Shown here piece by piece: positions 38,421-51,955 of a stretch of 64,000 nt of DNA. Origin of the DNA: Azolla caroliniana (taxonomy: Eukaryota > Plantae > Polypodiophyta). Every line of letters begins with the position of its first letter. The stretch's first letter is position 1. The position numbers and the translations under genes are program-made. The stretch lies in assembly GCA_043228905.1 (NCBI GenBank), contig JBHGNT010000020.1:10106001-10170000 (forward strand). The letters are read 5' to 3'. A model generated the notes under the pieces. That model worked only from the letters and a program-made list of their open reading frames with translations. It was not told the origin of the DNA and did no database searches.

Positions 38421-40313
38421 TTACATATATGTGTGTCATTCCATCTTAATGGAATCCCTCTTTAATAAAATAAGATAAGTATTTTGCACCAATGAGATCG
38501 AGAAAAAGCAACGCCAATTGTTTAAATCGAAAAGCAAAAGGTTGTCCTCGAGCATGGGTTTGGCATTCGTAAAGGCAACCAACTATAATTTACTATTTGT
38601 TTCTTTTTTCTAAAAAATAGGTTTGATTGATTTTTGCTTTTTATTTCTTGTTTGAATCTCCATGTGACGATTCCAAAACATTTTTGCATTCTCGTAATTT
38701 TTTCAAGATGCAATTTGAAGGCATTAGATGACACTGTGACCCTTTGGAAAAAGTGATGCCAAACTTGCGTGGAGATTATAGTTTATTGAAATGTATTTTC
38801 ACTTCACGTAGACATGATGAGTTTTTAGTTCTAAGTTTAACCTATTTTAGAAACACCTCAGATATCAACTCTACTCCAAGCATGTGATTTCCAAAAGGAT
38901 TATTATATACCCCTCGTACAAAAGAAGTAGCATGGATCATGATGAATTTTATTACACTTGCATCTGAAACATAATCAATCAATTAAGAATTTGTGCTTGC
39001 AATTTTGGTCATGTTTTTGGGGCAATTCTAAGTTTTGATCATAACATGTTCTTGATTTCTCAAGAATGTTGTTTGGAAAGTGGCTACATCTTTATCGACT
39101 ACAATGTAATGCACTCACATCACAATGTCCAAGTCTCATTCTAATGCCATGAATCTCTTTGTTTCATAACATTGCATTCTCATTCACTACTTTTAATGTC
39201 TTCTTTCAAGGATCTCTCGAATATAATGGTATGTTAAGCTTATTTTAGGAGTAAAAAGGAAGAAAGGTATATATAATGCGTACGAAGGTGTTTCCATTTA
39301 GTTTGATCCCGCTAGCCAGTTTTGAAAGCATCGTGATTTTGATATGAAGCTAATGCAAGCGACATTACTAACTAGAAATGGTGGTGAAATTTCAAATGTC
39401 TACAAGAAAGTTAAATACAAACACGATAACTCTTACTTCTAACTTGAAAAGAAGTCTATGCTTTAACTCTTTATTTTGTACTATGTATTGATAAGGGTGT
39501 TTTGGATCAGTTCTAGAACCACAAGGGATGGAGTTAATACTACCACTTATACAAGGGGTATTTTTATTATTTACATTATCAATTAAAAGAAGCAACAAGT
39601 CATGCCTATAAATAATCTTTGAAATTGAATTAAGGCGACAACAAGTTTCTCATAGTTGGAAGTAAATCGGGCATACACCAAATAATGCTAAAAAGGAATA
39701 ATGAAAGCACATAGTTCTCGATGAGGTTTCCTTGACAAAACAAAACCAAAAACATGATCTATTGTTGACAACTTTGGTGACATTACTATGTGCAACCAAG
39801 AATAATGCTTAATTGATAAATAAAGATGTATCTAAAGCAAGTTAGGAATCTTTTTTTGGGGAGCCTAGGAGTTGATCGTCAAACCAATTCTTTTTAGGGG
39901 GTACCTATACGTAAAGCGAACTCTTCTATAGTTGCATAATATACTCTCAAAACTTATAAACCACTTTTCACTCCCGAAGCAAAACCTTACATACCCCGAA
40001 CAAAGTAAGATAGGTCACCATACTATCATTTTCTTCTTAGCATTTGAATATACCTATCTAGCTCCATTGCCCTCCCTATGTTCCACTTTTTTCTGTCACT
40101 ATTAAAACGGTTGTGTACACTTACATAACATCATGCTACTACTAGTGTTCGAGTCTCCAATAATGATGCTACAACGCGTTCAGTTTTTTTGTTGTGTGGT
40201 ATATGTCGTTTTGTTGTTTATCTTTTTTGTAGTGAATATACATATATGCGCGTGTGTGTACCAAGAGCATTGTGCACTATTCGTAGTTTACCTTTTTGTT
40301 GTAAATGCTCTCT

Positions 40314-40348
<35 letters not shown>

Positions 40349-43300
40349 TGAGTGTGTGCTCTATATGTTTAACATTTTGTTATGAGTATTCTCCCTTTTT
40401 CTTGAAGAGCTTTTGTAAATACTTGGGCATTGATTTATTTGCGAACCACAATTGAGGCACATGCATAAAATGCCAAATGCAAGTGTAAGTGTGTTTCTTC
40501 CTAGGACAGGTGCCTTCCAATGGGGTTATTACACCAAAACCATTCTTCCATGGTTCGATTGACGTCTACTCTACCACAAGCAACACGAGTAGGTACAATT
40601 GTCAATTATTCTAAAGCCTGTTGGCGTTAGTGTTAACCATTACTTGAACAAATTTAAACTATTTTCTATTCTAATATTCTCAAGGAATGTAATTAATAGG
40701 TCTTCCTACTTAGTCAATACACGTAACTAATTGAGAACAAAAGGGCAAACACAATTTGATGAGATATCTTAGATCATGACACGTGATAAAAGTAACCCAA
40801 GTACTTAAAAGTAAAGTTTAAGACTTTAGTGTTTAGATGGATTGATCAAAATGGATTTAAGGGAAGAGATAGATAGATTTTATTATTGTCATGGAAGGTC
40901 AAATTTGATCTATGAGGCAAAAACTATTGCATTTTCACATAATGCATGTGAAAGTGAGTTGTGATTCTCGATATTCAAGAACTGTACTAATATATCACAA
41001 TTGAGAGTGAAAATTGTGATCGTGAGAGATATTCATGCAAACATTGGGTTGGATCAAAGATGGATAGTCGAATATATTCAATCGAGGCAATATTTTATCA
41101 AAGTGTGATTCTCAAACTCTAGAACTTGTTTAGGGAAAAATGTGCATAATTGACTTGTCTCATCACTTGTGCCCCAAGTTTTTCACTCACATCAAAGATA
41201 GTATGAACTAAATCATATGGAAGCAACAATTTGGATGGTAGACAACAACACATGGTCTAACATATATATACGTGTGTGGTTTTCCCCTTCAACAAAGAAT
41301 ATGTTTATGTCATGAGCTACAACATAATGTGTGTAGCGTGAGCCTCTACATTTTTTGTATGTCATGATACATTGGCATTGCAAAAAGTCATTGTTGAAAA
41401 AGGAATCTAATAATGTTTCATGAAGCATATGTGTTACATCCCATCTGCCAAATCCTTTTTTCATATCTTGCATAAAATCGGAACACAAATTTTCTTTTGT
41501 GTATTTTAGATATTGTTTATTGCTTCCCATGTGATTCGAGGAAGCCGATGTGAGACTTTTTTGAGCCTTGGGCATGTACTCAACAACCCTTTCCATGGCC
41601 ATGATCTCATTGAGAATTGATCTCCTCTCAAGAAGTAGGACAATGTATGATGATTGTTTCTTGACTTGGCGAAACTTTGTACAAAAATGCTTTCAAGCAT
41701 TTTCTAACTTTTTCCATGGGACTTAGGGATACTATGACCCCATACTTGCACCCCATAAAGAAGCACTGCTATCACCAAAATGTCGAATAAGCATTTTGTT
41801 GAGAATCAAGCTCAACTTGGTCTAGTGTGTGAACTCACCTTGAGAGTGAATAGACACCCCAACGGTCAAGAGTCACCATTATGTCACCACTTTGTATTCT
41901 AGCATTTAGTATGAGTCATAGAATCATATTCTATGACACATAACTTATGAGCTTTCACATTCCCCATGCTCCATGAGTCTTGGCTTCAACTCCGCCTAGA
42001 TCAAGGAGCTTTGCGACTCGCTTGGCTCGATAAATGTAAATATCGATGATGATGAGATGGTGCAAATATGCCTCGGCGGCCTCGCACCACAGTTCAGCCC
42101 GATGCGAACCGCCGTTCTAGCACGGGAGAAATCTCCCTCCTTCTTCGAGCTCCAATGGCTATTGGTCGAAGAAAACCACATGCATACAAGGAGCAATGAG
42201 TCGGAAGGCCACATGCTCTACATGCACTTGAATGGAGGAAGAGGACGCAGATGAGCGAGAGGCCGATTCGGCCAAGGACAAGGCGGACGAGGTCTGACCT
42301 ACGACAACAACTCCCAATTTCGTCCGCAAAACGGAAGCCAACGAGGAACGTTCGCAAGAAGGGGGAGCTTCCACTCCGGCTCGAGCCATCAAAACGCAAC
42401 CGAATGCGGATATTGCGGAAAGCTTGACCATCACGAAGAAGAGTGCCGAAAGAAGATGTGCGAATCGGCTTCCACAAGTCGACAACTCACGAATTACACA
42501 CAATTCCGATTACGAAGAGTATAGCGGAATGTACGGGCACAACTCCGACTACGAAGATCATAGTGGAATGTACGAGCACAACTCCGACTACGAAGATCGT
42601 GGCGGAATGTATGCACACAACTCCGACTGTGGCGGAATGTTCATGATGAAACATAGAGCAAACTCTATGTCGGCCTCTACCTCAACTAGTGCCCTCAATT
42701 CGGAGGACGTATGGTTTGTTGACTCCGGAGCGTCAAACCATATGACACCTCATAAAGAATGGTTTCTTGAACTTCGAGAGTCGGAGCGACCCGGTTATGT
42801 CGAAACCGGAGATGACACTACACACCCGATTCGGCACATCGGCAATGTTCCGTTCGGCAAAAGAGGTAAGCAAACATACATTAAAAATGTCTTACATGTT
42901 CCCACCATCACGAAGAATTTGGTCTCGGTCAGCCAAATGGTTGAGCAAGGGATGCAAGTACGATTTGACCAAGAAGGGTGCGTCATCGAAAAAGAGGGCC
43001 GAATCATCGCATGCGGAAGAAGAGAGGGTTGGATGTTCATTCTCGACTCACACGAGATGAAATCCGCCATGTTCGCAAAAAGCACGAAAGCCGACTCCGA
43101 CATATAGCTATGGCACAAGCGAATCGGCCACATCAATCTCAACAAACTCAAAGCAATGAAATCGAAAGGAGTTATCATCGGACTCCTGACATTCAAAGAG
43201 AAGGAGATTGAAGGTGTATGCGAAGCGTGCCAATTCGGCAAGCAACACCGAAACCCATTCCCGAAAGAGCGGAACGTGAGCAAAGGTCTACTCGATGTAG

Positions 43301-46300
43301 TCCATTCCGATGTATGGGGACCGGCATAGACGGCTACATTCGGCGGATGCCGATATTACGTGCTCTTCATCGACAACTTCTCCAAGCACACGTGGCTCTA
43401 TCCGATGCGACAAAAGAGCGAAGTGTTCGGTCACTTCCAAAGGTTTAAAAATGAAGTCGAAAAAGCCACTGGTCGTCATGTACGATGCCTTCGATCGGAT
43501 GGCGGCAAGGAGTACTTCTCGGACGATTTCACGGCGTATCTCCGAAAGGAAGGAATTCAACGATAATTCACTTGTTGACACACTCCACAACAAAACGGAG
43601 TAGCCGAGCGCAAAAATCAACACATCCTCGAAGTAGCGCGGGCCATGATGAATGAGAAGCATATGCCCAAGTCATATTGGGCCGAAGCTGCAAATACAAC
43701 CGTCTACCTAATGAACCGATGCACAACATCCGAAGTGCACGAAAAATACTTCGGAATGAAGCCAGATTTATCGCACACCCGGATATTTGGCGCGATAGCA
43801 TACATGCACATACCTGACGAAAAGCGGCAAAAGCTAGATCCAAAGTCGGAGAAATTTATCCTCGTAGGATACTCACTAGAGCAAAAGGGGTGCAAGTGCT
43901 ACAACCCCTCAACTGAAAAATCTCGAGTAAGTCGAGACGTCGTTTTTGACGAGTCCGCATCCTGGTACGCACTAGAGACAATTTCGACTCTGACTCCGCT
44001 CGACCCGAAATTCGCCGAACAAGAGATAGAGGATGAAGATCGCCTTACACGCATGTTCGAAGAAAGTCCGATCACGACCCAACTGAGTGGGCCACAAGAG
44101 CCTTTGAGCGATGAAAGCACATCACGACCTAGCCCGAAGATGGACAAAGGCAAGGCGAAAATGTCGGAATACGAAGACGATCGCTTCAACGACGATGAGT
44201 CGACTCACTCACTCGACAGTGAGTTCAGCAGCTTCGATGTACCAATCGAAGCTAAGAAAGCCCTCATCTCTGCAAATGAAAAGCTTCGTCGCTCCACCCA
44301 TGAAAAGAATCCGGTCAGCCGATTCGGCTACAATGACTACATGGCATATCACTATACCTTTATGATGAAGGTGGTGACAGTACATGAGCCGAAAACATTC
44401 TCCGAAGCAGCCAAGGATCCGCGATGGATCGAAGCCATGAACGAGGAGATGCAGGCACTACGCAAGAATGAGACATGGGATCTCGTTCCCACCTCACCAC
44501 ACAAAAAGGCGATTGGATGCAGATGGATTTACAAAGTGAAGTACAAAGCTGACGGTTCCGTCAACCGCTACAAAGCGCGACTCGTAGCAAAAGGCTACGC
44601 CCAAACGCATGGAGTTGACTACGAGGAGAACTTTGCCCCGGTGGCAAAGATGACGATGGTACGGACCATAATTGCGCTTGCCGCGGCAAAAGGGTGGCAC
44701 CTCCATCAAATGGACGTCAAAAACGCCTTTCTACAAGGTGAATTAGAAGAGGAGGTGTACATGATACAACCACCTGGCTTCAACTCGAGCATCCATCCGA
44801 AAGTTGTATGCTGACTCAAGAAGCCACTCTACAGCCTCAAGCAAGCACCACATGCTTGGCATTCGAAAATAACGCAATATCTTCATCAAATCGGCTTTCG
44901 TATGTCAAAATCAGACAACTCCCTCTACATACGAAGCGATTCCGCAAGTCCAATGGTCATCATCCTATATGTGGATGACCTAGTCATTGGAGGCGAGCAT
45001 CTCGTCGAAATCAACAAGGTCAAATCCCTCCTTTCTAACAAGTTCGAGATGACGGACATGAAGGAGCTCCACTACTTCCTCGGCATCGACGTAATTCGGA
45101 CTCCGACCGGAATCATGATCTCTTAACGGCACTACATCCTCAACTTGTTATACAAGTTCGGTATGGCTGAGCGCAAATCTGCGGCAACCCCGCTCGATCA
45201 CAATCTCAAACTAGATGCGAACTCCGACACCAAAGCGTGTGAGCCGACTCAGTATCACCAACTCAGTTATCCGGTCGGTCTCCTTAGCCAATTCATGCAA
45301 ACACCATGTGATACTCACTTGGATTGCGCTAAGCGAGTTCTATAATACGTAAGCGGCACAATGGATTGTGGCATCCTCTATAAGACCGCGCTGCCAATAT
45401 GACTTGAGGGGTACACAGACGCCGATTGGGCCGGTTAGAAAGCCGATAGAAGATCAACCTCCAGATTTGTTTTTTCCCTCGGTAGCGGAGCAATATCCTG
45501 GAGCAGCAAAAAGCAACCAACCGTCGCCCTTTTGAGCAGAGAGGCGGAATACAGGGGCGCGGCAGTGGCCACATGTGAGGCCGTATGGCTCAAAAGGATA
45601 CTCAAGGATCTGGGCGTACCCATCAAGGATCCGACTTCCCTTTATTGCGACAACATGAGCAATATCTATCTGGCTCGGAACCCAGTGTTCCACGCGTGGA
45701 CAAAGCACATCGAAGTGCACTATCACTTCATCCGAGAGCGCGTTCTAGCTGGCGATGTCGACCTACAACACATTAACACCAATCTTCAAACGACCAACAT
45801 CTTCACTAAAGCCTTAGAAGCCGACAAGTTAGGGCAATTTATGACCGATCTTGGATTGACGATCCCTGACCTACCAAGCTTGAGGGGGAGTACTGAAGAC
45901 ACTACGCAATTGTCATGATATGGCAAGACTCGAACCCATGACCTTATGCTACATGGGTCGAGCTCTTACCATTAGACTATGAATTGTATTTTGTAGGATA
46001 TTATTTTCATTTATGCTTTATCATAGAAAATTGATGTATATTCCAGATCTCTTTGGAACATTCTAGAATCTTCAGGATTATTCCTAAAAACACTATAAAA
46101 GGAGGCACAAGGCATTGTTTTGAACTAAATTGGTTCAACACCAGTCTTAAGCCTCTTAGCCGATTTGTACTTATCTTTCATATAATATAAGAGCTGCTGT
46201 CATCATCCTATTTCTCTCTCTCTCCTCTTCTCACTTCTTCTCTCTCTCGGGAATCTTACGCAGTCCCGTCCTCTTAGTACTAATAGTACTACTCTTCTTA

Positions 46301-46340
46301 GTACTAATTCCATCTCTACTTTAGTACTATTCCTGACAGT

Positions 46341-46352
46341 TTGAACCAATTT
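46341..46352 (+). promoter_or_regulatory. Self-priming-type primer binding site
   Basis: TTGAACCAATTT lies 2 nt after the 5' LTR and is the exact reverse complement of AAATTGGTTCAA (46127-46138), which begins 33 nt after the start of the LTR TATAAAA (46094). There is no TGG tRNA-type PBS. Confidence 0.75.
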
Positions 46353-47351
46353 ATTCCTCTTTCCTCCAGCCTACTTGTCGTTCTACCTCATCCTCCTATC
46401 CTTTTCCCCCTACTATGGCTACTGTTAGCGCCCAAGAATATCAATCCGTTTTCTTCGAGTTACAGTGCCTAAAAGAAAAGATGGTTGCCCTGGAACAAGA
46501 AAACCAACGGCTAATAGGGGATCTGCAACAAATCGCTCTAGAAAAGCAACAAACGCAGCAACAACATGGGGAGTTAGCGTTACGGGTGCAACAACTCGAA
46601 GCGGCATTGCAACAACAAGGATCAAGTCCCCAAGGATTTCATAAAGAGCCGAAGATTGGACTTCCTGTGAAATTTGATGGAATGCGATCACAATTCAGGG
46701 GATTCCTTAATCAAGTACGATTAGTCCTCCAAATGCATCCTTCCTGATACCCCACTGATGCATCCCGAGTCGGCTTAATAGGCACGTTGCTTAGCGGCTC
46801 AACCTTAGCATGGTTCGCTCCGCTTCTAGAAAAACAATCGCCCTTGCTTAATAACAATCGCCCTTGCTTCTAGAAAAACAACCAAAGTCTCTTACTGAGG
46901 CAATCAATCGAGCGGTCCGATGTGACAACCGCCTCTTCGAACGGCGTTCGGAACGTCAATTACAGATACCACGCGCTAGGCCAGAGCCCACTTACGCCGC
47001 AGTCGCAGCTAGACCATTTGCACGAGACATTCCTCAAGCAAATACTTCAACACCGATGGAGATCGATACCATGCGTCGACACGACCCGTTATCGGAAGAA
47101 GAAAAGCAACGACGACGTGCAAATCAATTATGTCTTTATTGCGGTGGACCAGGGCATTTTGCAATCAATTGTCCCCATAGGCCAAGAAGACAGGTAAATC
47201 AAATTGTAGCCTGTACTAAACCTGAGTCAATTCTTCCCTTAGGAGTGTCTGATAGTATTAATAGTACTAATAGAGTGTTTGATAGTATTCATAGTACTAA
47301 TAGCCCAAGTATCTCAAATAAATTTGAAATCCTTAGTCAATTAGATGAAGA

Positions 47352-47396
47352 GTTAAACGATTGAGTCTAGCCAAAATAGGAGCCGTTTGGTTGGAC
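47352..47396 (+). promoter_or_regulatory. Candidate -1 ribosomal frameshift signal at the gag/pol junction
   Basis: G_TTA_AAC in the gag frame just before the stop, a 6-nt spacer, then an 11-bp stem (47365-47375 with 47386-47396, two G-U pairs). pol is in the -1 frame. Confidence 0.65.
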
Positions 47397-50300
47397 AACA
47401 ACCCTAGATCTGTACAGCCCATTAGTGGTTCCATTCCTTCCAAGCAAGTTAGCAATGTGTTCCTAGCCCAAGTCATTGTTACTAAAAGTACTCTCCCAAT
47501 ACCCGTCCTAGCACTTTTAGATTCCGGAGCTAATTCCTGTTTCATAGATCGAAATTTTGCCCAAGCTTCTCAGATATCCTTAAGAAAACTTCCTTGTCCC
47601 GCATCTGTAGTAGTCATTGATGGTCGTCCCATTGCTTCCGGGAATATTGTAGAAGAATCAGAACCCATTCAAGTTGTCCTAGGTAGTTTTGTGTGTGTAA
47701 TATCATTTAATATAATTAGTAGTCCAGAGCATCCCATTGTCCTAGGATTACCTTGGTTTGAATTACATAATCCAGCCATAGATTGGAGAACAAGAGAAGT
47801 CCGATATCGACCACCCCAAGAATCAACTCACCAAGTTTCGACCATTTCACTCCATCAATTACGCGAAGAAGGACCCAAGGAGGCAATGTTCCTATTTGCA
47901 ATATCAGTACATCCTTCCAGCACTATTAAGAAGGACTCCTCAGTACAACTTCCAGCAAAATATCATCCTTATGCCGATGTATTTGACAAGGTAAAAGCTG
48001 GTACCCTTCCTCATCACCGTCCCTATGATTGTCCCATCGTTTTACAACCAAGAACCGAGCCACAATGGGGACCAATTTACAACTTGTCACCCACCGAGTT
48101 AGAAGTCCTTCAAGCCTACATAGAGGAGAACTTGGCAAACGGGTTCATCCGCCATTAGAAATCTCCGGCCGGTGCACCCATCTTCTTTGTCAAGAAGAAA
48201 GATGGCTCACTTCGTCTTGTCGTTGATTACCGCGGATTGAATAAAGTCACCATCCGGAATAGGTATGCACTTCCTCTTATATCAAGTCATTTAGAGTGAG
48301 TTAATGGTGCCAAGTTTTTTACTAAAATCGACCTACGAGGAGCGTATAATCTCGTGCGGATCCGACTGGGAGATGAGTGGAAGACCGCCTTTCGCACGCG
48401 GCATGGGCATTTCGAGTATACTGTTATGCCGTTTGGCCTAACCAATGCACCCGCAGTCTTCCAACACATGGCAAATGATATATTCAGAGACCTCTTGGAT
48501 ATCTGTTTGATCATTTATCTGGATGATCTGTTGATTTATTCGAAGACCCAGGAAGAGCACGATTCTCATGTACTATTAGTACTAAAGCGACTCCGCGAGA
48601 ATGGTCTTTATGCCAAGCTAGAAAAATGTAGCTTTGACTGCAACCAAGTGGAATTTCTAGGCTACGTCATCTCCTCAAAGGGCATCGCCATGGATCCAGC
48701 TAAAATCCAAACTGTACTAGAGTGGCAAATTCCACGGTCGGTACGAGATGTACAATGTTTTCTAGGTTTTGCTAACTTCTACCGTAAGTTTATACAGGAT
48801 TACTCAAAGATTATTTTACCTCTCACCACAACTTACGAAGAAGGGCCAAGCATTTCTTTGGTCCATAGAAGCAGATATGGCTTTTCGGCATCTTAAGAAA
48901 GCCTTTACATCAGCACCGATTCTAACTCATGTGGATACAAGCAAACCATTCATCATGGAGGCCGACGCATCAGATTTCGCCCTCGGTAGCATCCTTTCTC
49001 AACAAGGCGATAAAGAAGAGTTGCATCCGGTGGCTTTCCATTCGCGCAAATTCGATGTCGCAGAAATCAACTACGAAATACATGACAAGGAGTTATTAGC
49101 CATCGTGGATTCATTTGTACAATGGCGGCATTTCTTAGAGGGCTCTCCACATCAGGTCATTGTCTTTAGCGATCATAAAAATCTTGCTTATTTTCAGAAC
49201 GCTCGCGTACTAAATCGACGGCAAGCTCGGTGGGCGCAACTCCTCACGCGTTTTGACTTCAAAATCACATATCGACCGGGGAAGCAGCAAGGAAAAGCAG
49301 ATGCACTATCACGGCGTTCATATCTTGCACCTCGTCTTGGTGACGCAACATTTGATAATCAAAAGCAAGTAATCTTGGGACCAACACGATTGCACACGAC
49401 GCGGATTTTTCACACCCCGATGGATTCACGGATTACCGATGACATACGTGCAACCTTGAAGACGGATAGTTTTGCTCAAGACATCTTGGCGCACATTGAT
49501 ACTTCTCGGGCATCCTGTTCTCAGTCTCAACAACCAAGTATTGACTACCGACAATTCGAATATCATGATGGTTTGTTATTCTTTAAAAAGCGCGTATATG
49601 TCCCCGATTGCTCCTGTCGCCTTCAAATCGTCCAACATTGTCACGAAACCCATACGGCGGGACATTTCGATAGTACTAAGACGTTGGAGCTAGTGCAGCA
49701 ATCTTTTTGGTGGCCCCACATGCGTCGTTTTGTCGACGACTACGTTCGGACCTGTGATGCTTGCTGCCGAGCAAAGATGCCACGACACCATCCATATGGC
49801 TTGTTGGAACCTTTACCGATTCCAAGTAAGCCATGGCAATCTATTTGTCTTGATTTTATCACAGATCTGCCGGTCTCGAAGGGGTTCGATGCTATCCTAA
49901 CCGTCGTCGATCGATATACGAAGATGGCACATTTTGTGCCCTGTACTAAAGCCATCACTAGCGAGGAAACTGCCGCTCTTGTTATGCGTGAGGTATTTCG
50001 GCATCATGGCCTCCCAGACAGTATTATCAGTGACCGAGGCCCGCAATTTGTTTCCAAATTTTGGGAGCATCTCTTCAAGATGCTCAAGGTCTCCTGCAAC
50101 CTCTCCTCCGACTACCATCCTCAGATCGACGGACAGGCGGAACGAACAAACCAAACGCTGGAGCAATATCTCCGGTGTTTCTTGAGTTATCAACAGGACG
50201 ATTGGGCCGAGATTCTCCACTTTGCGGAGTTTGCGTATAATAATGCTATTCACTCCTCGACTCGGGTCTCCCCATTTTTCGCTTATACCGGTTTCCATCC

Positions 50301-51898
50301 TCGTTGGTCGATGATCGACACTCCGGAGCTACCTACCAACCCTCGTGCCGAGGATCATTTGGAGAGGCTACGCAAGATCCAGATGGATCTCTCTACTCAC
50401 CTTCGTCATGCTCAACACACACAGAAGACTTATGCGGATCGTCATCGGATTCCCTCCTCTTTTGCCATCGAAGATCGAGTATGGCTCTTACGTCGTCACA
50501 TCAAGACTACTCGACCGTGCGACAAGTTGGATTATCGACGACTCGGTCCTTTCCGTATTACGGGGAAGATTAATGATGTCACCTTCCGCCTTGATCTCCC
50601 TCCGTAGCTTCAGATACATCCGGTTTTCCATTGTTCTCTTCTTGAACCTTATAAAGCAAACACCATTCCCGATCGTGTGACACCACCGCCGCCCCCGCTG
50701 GAGTTGGACGCCGGCCCGGAGTATGAAGTTGCTGCCATCCTCGATTCCAAACTTGTTCGCAACAAACTTTATTACTTGGTCGATTGGCTCGGTTATAGTC
50801 TGAGCGAACGTACTTGGGAACCCGTCGAGCATGTTGCCAATGCACAAGATCTTCTTGCTGATTTCCACCGAAAGTATCCGGACAAACCCGGTCCGCAATT
50901 AACGCCGACTCGTTCCACTCGTCGTCTTTAAGGGGGAGATAGTGTCATGATATGGCAAGACTTGAACCCATGACCTTATGCTACATGGGTCGAGCTCTTA
51001 CCATTAGACTATGAATTGTATTTTGTAGGAGATTATTTTCATTTATGCTTTATCATAGAAAATTGATGTATATTCCAGATCTCTCTAGAACATTCTAGAA
51101 TCTTCAGGATTATTCCTAAAAACACTATAAAAGGAGGCACAAGGAATTGTTTTGAACCAAATTGGTTCAACACCAGTCTTAAGCCTCTTAGCCGATTTGT
51201 ACTTATCTTTCATATAATATAAGAGCTGCTGTCATCATCCTATTTCTCTCTCTCTCCTCTTCTCACTTCCTCTCTCTCGGGAATCTTACGCAGTCCCGTC
51301 CTCTTAGTACTAATAGTACTACTCTTCTTAGTACTAATTCCATCTCTGCTTTAGTACTATTCCTGACAGCAATAACGCGTGGATTCCGCAACCGCGCAAC
51401 GAAGCCGCGAAGAAAGACACAAGCCGAAGCACAGACTTCGCAACTACGCACAACGCAAGCTAGAGCACGGATTCCACAACTCCGCATAAATATGAGTCGA
51501 CGTAGACTCCGGAACGCGAGTCGAAGGGTATTTCGGATACCGTCTGAAACCAACTCGACTTGACCTTGAGGGGGCCTGTTGAGAATCAAGCTCAACTTGG
51601 TCTAGTGTGTGAACTCACCTTGAGAGTGAATAGACACCCCAACGGTCAAGAGTCACCATTATGTCACGACTTTGTATTCTAACATTTAGTATGAGTCATA
51701 GAATCGTATTCTATGACACATAACTTATGAGCTTTCACATTCCCCATGCTCCATGAGTCTTGTAGTTAATGAAGAGAGAGGGTGACTATATAAAGCACCC
51801 TCCTCCCACCTTGTATAATGTTGAGTCTTTCTCCAAGTTTGTTAATATACTTTATTTTGCGTATTCTCTGTGTCTTACTCCTTGTCTCTCTCACTCAC

Positions 51899-51955
<57 letters not shown>

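Larger units (their letters stand above)
45911..51368 (+). mobile_element. Ty3/Gypsy chromovirus (Tcn1-like), near full-length, inactivated
   Basis: LTRs 45911-46338 and 50943-51368 (TGTCA...TGACA; about 7 substitutions and one small indel by eye). TSD GCAAT at 45906-45910 and 51369-51373. PPT 50930-50942. gag with CLYCGGPGHFAINC, protease LLDSGA, RT YLDDLL, RNase H DASD, integrase HHCC/DDE, and chromodomain EYEVAAILDS...YLVDWLGY...TWEP (50677-50931). Several stops and frameshifts. Confidence 0.96.

Noticed and set aside
45921-45979. A genuine tRNA gene
   Set aside because: No convincing acceptor or anticodon stems, and it is part of both LTRs, so it is reported only as a tRNA-like box module.
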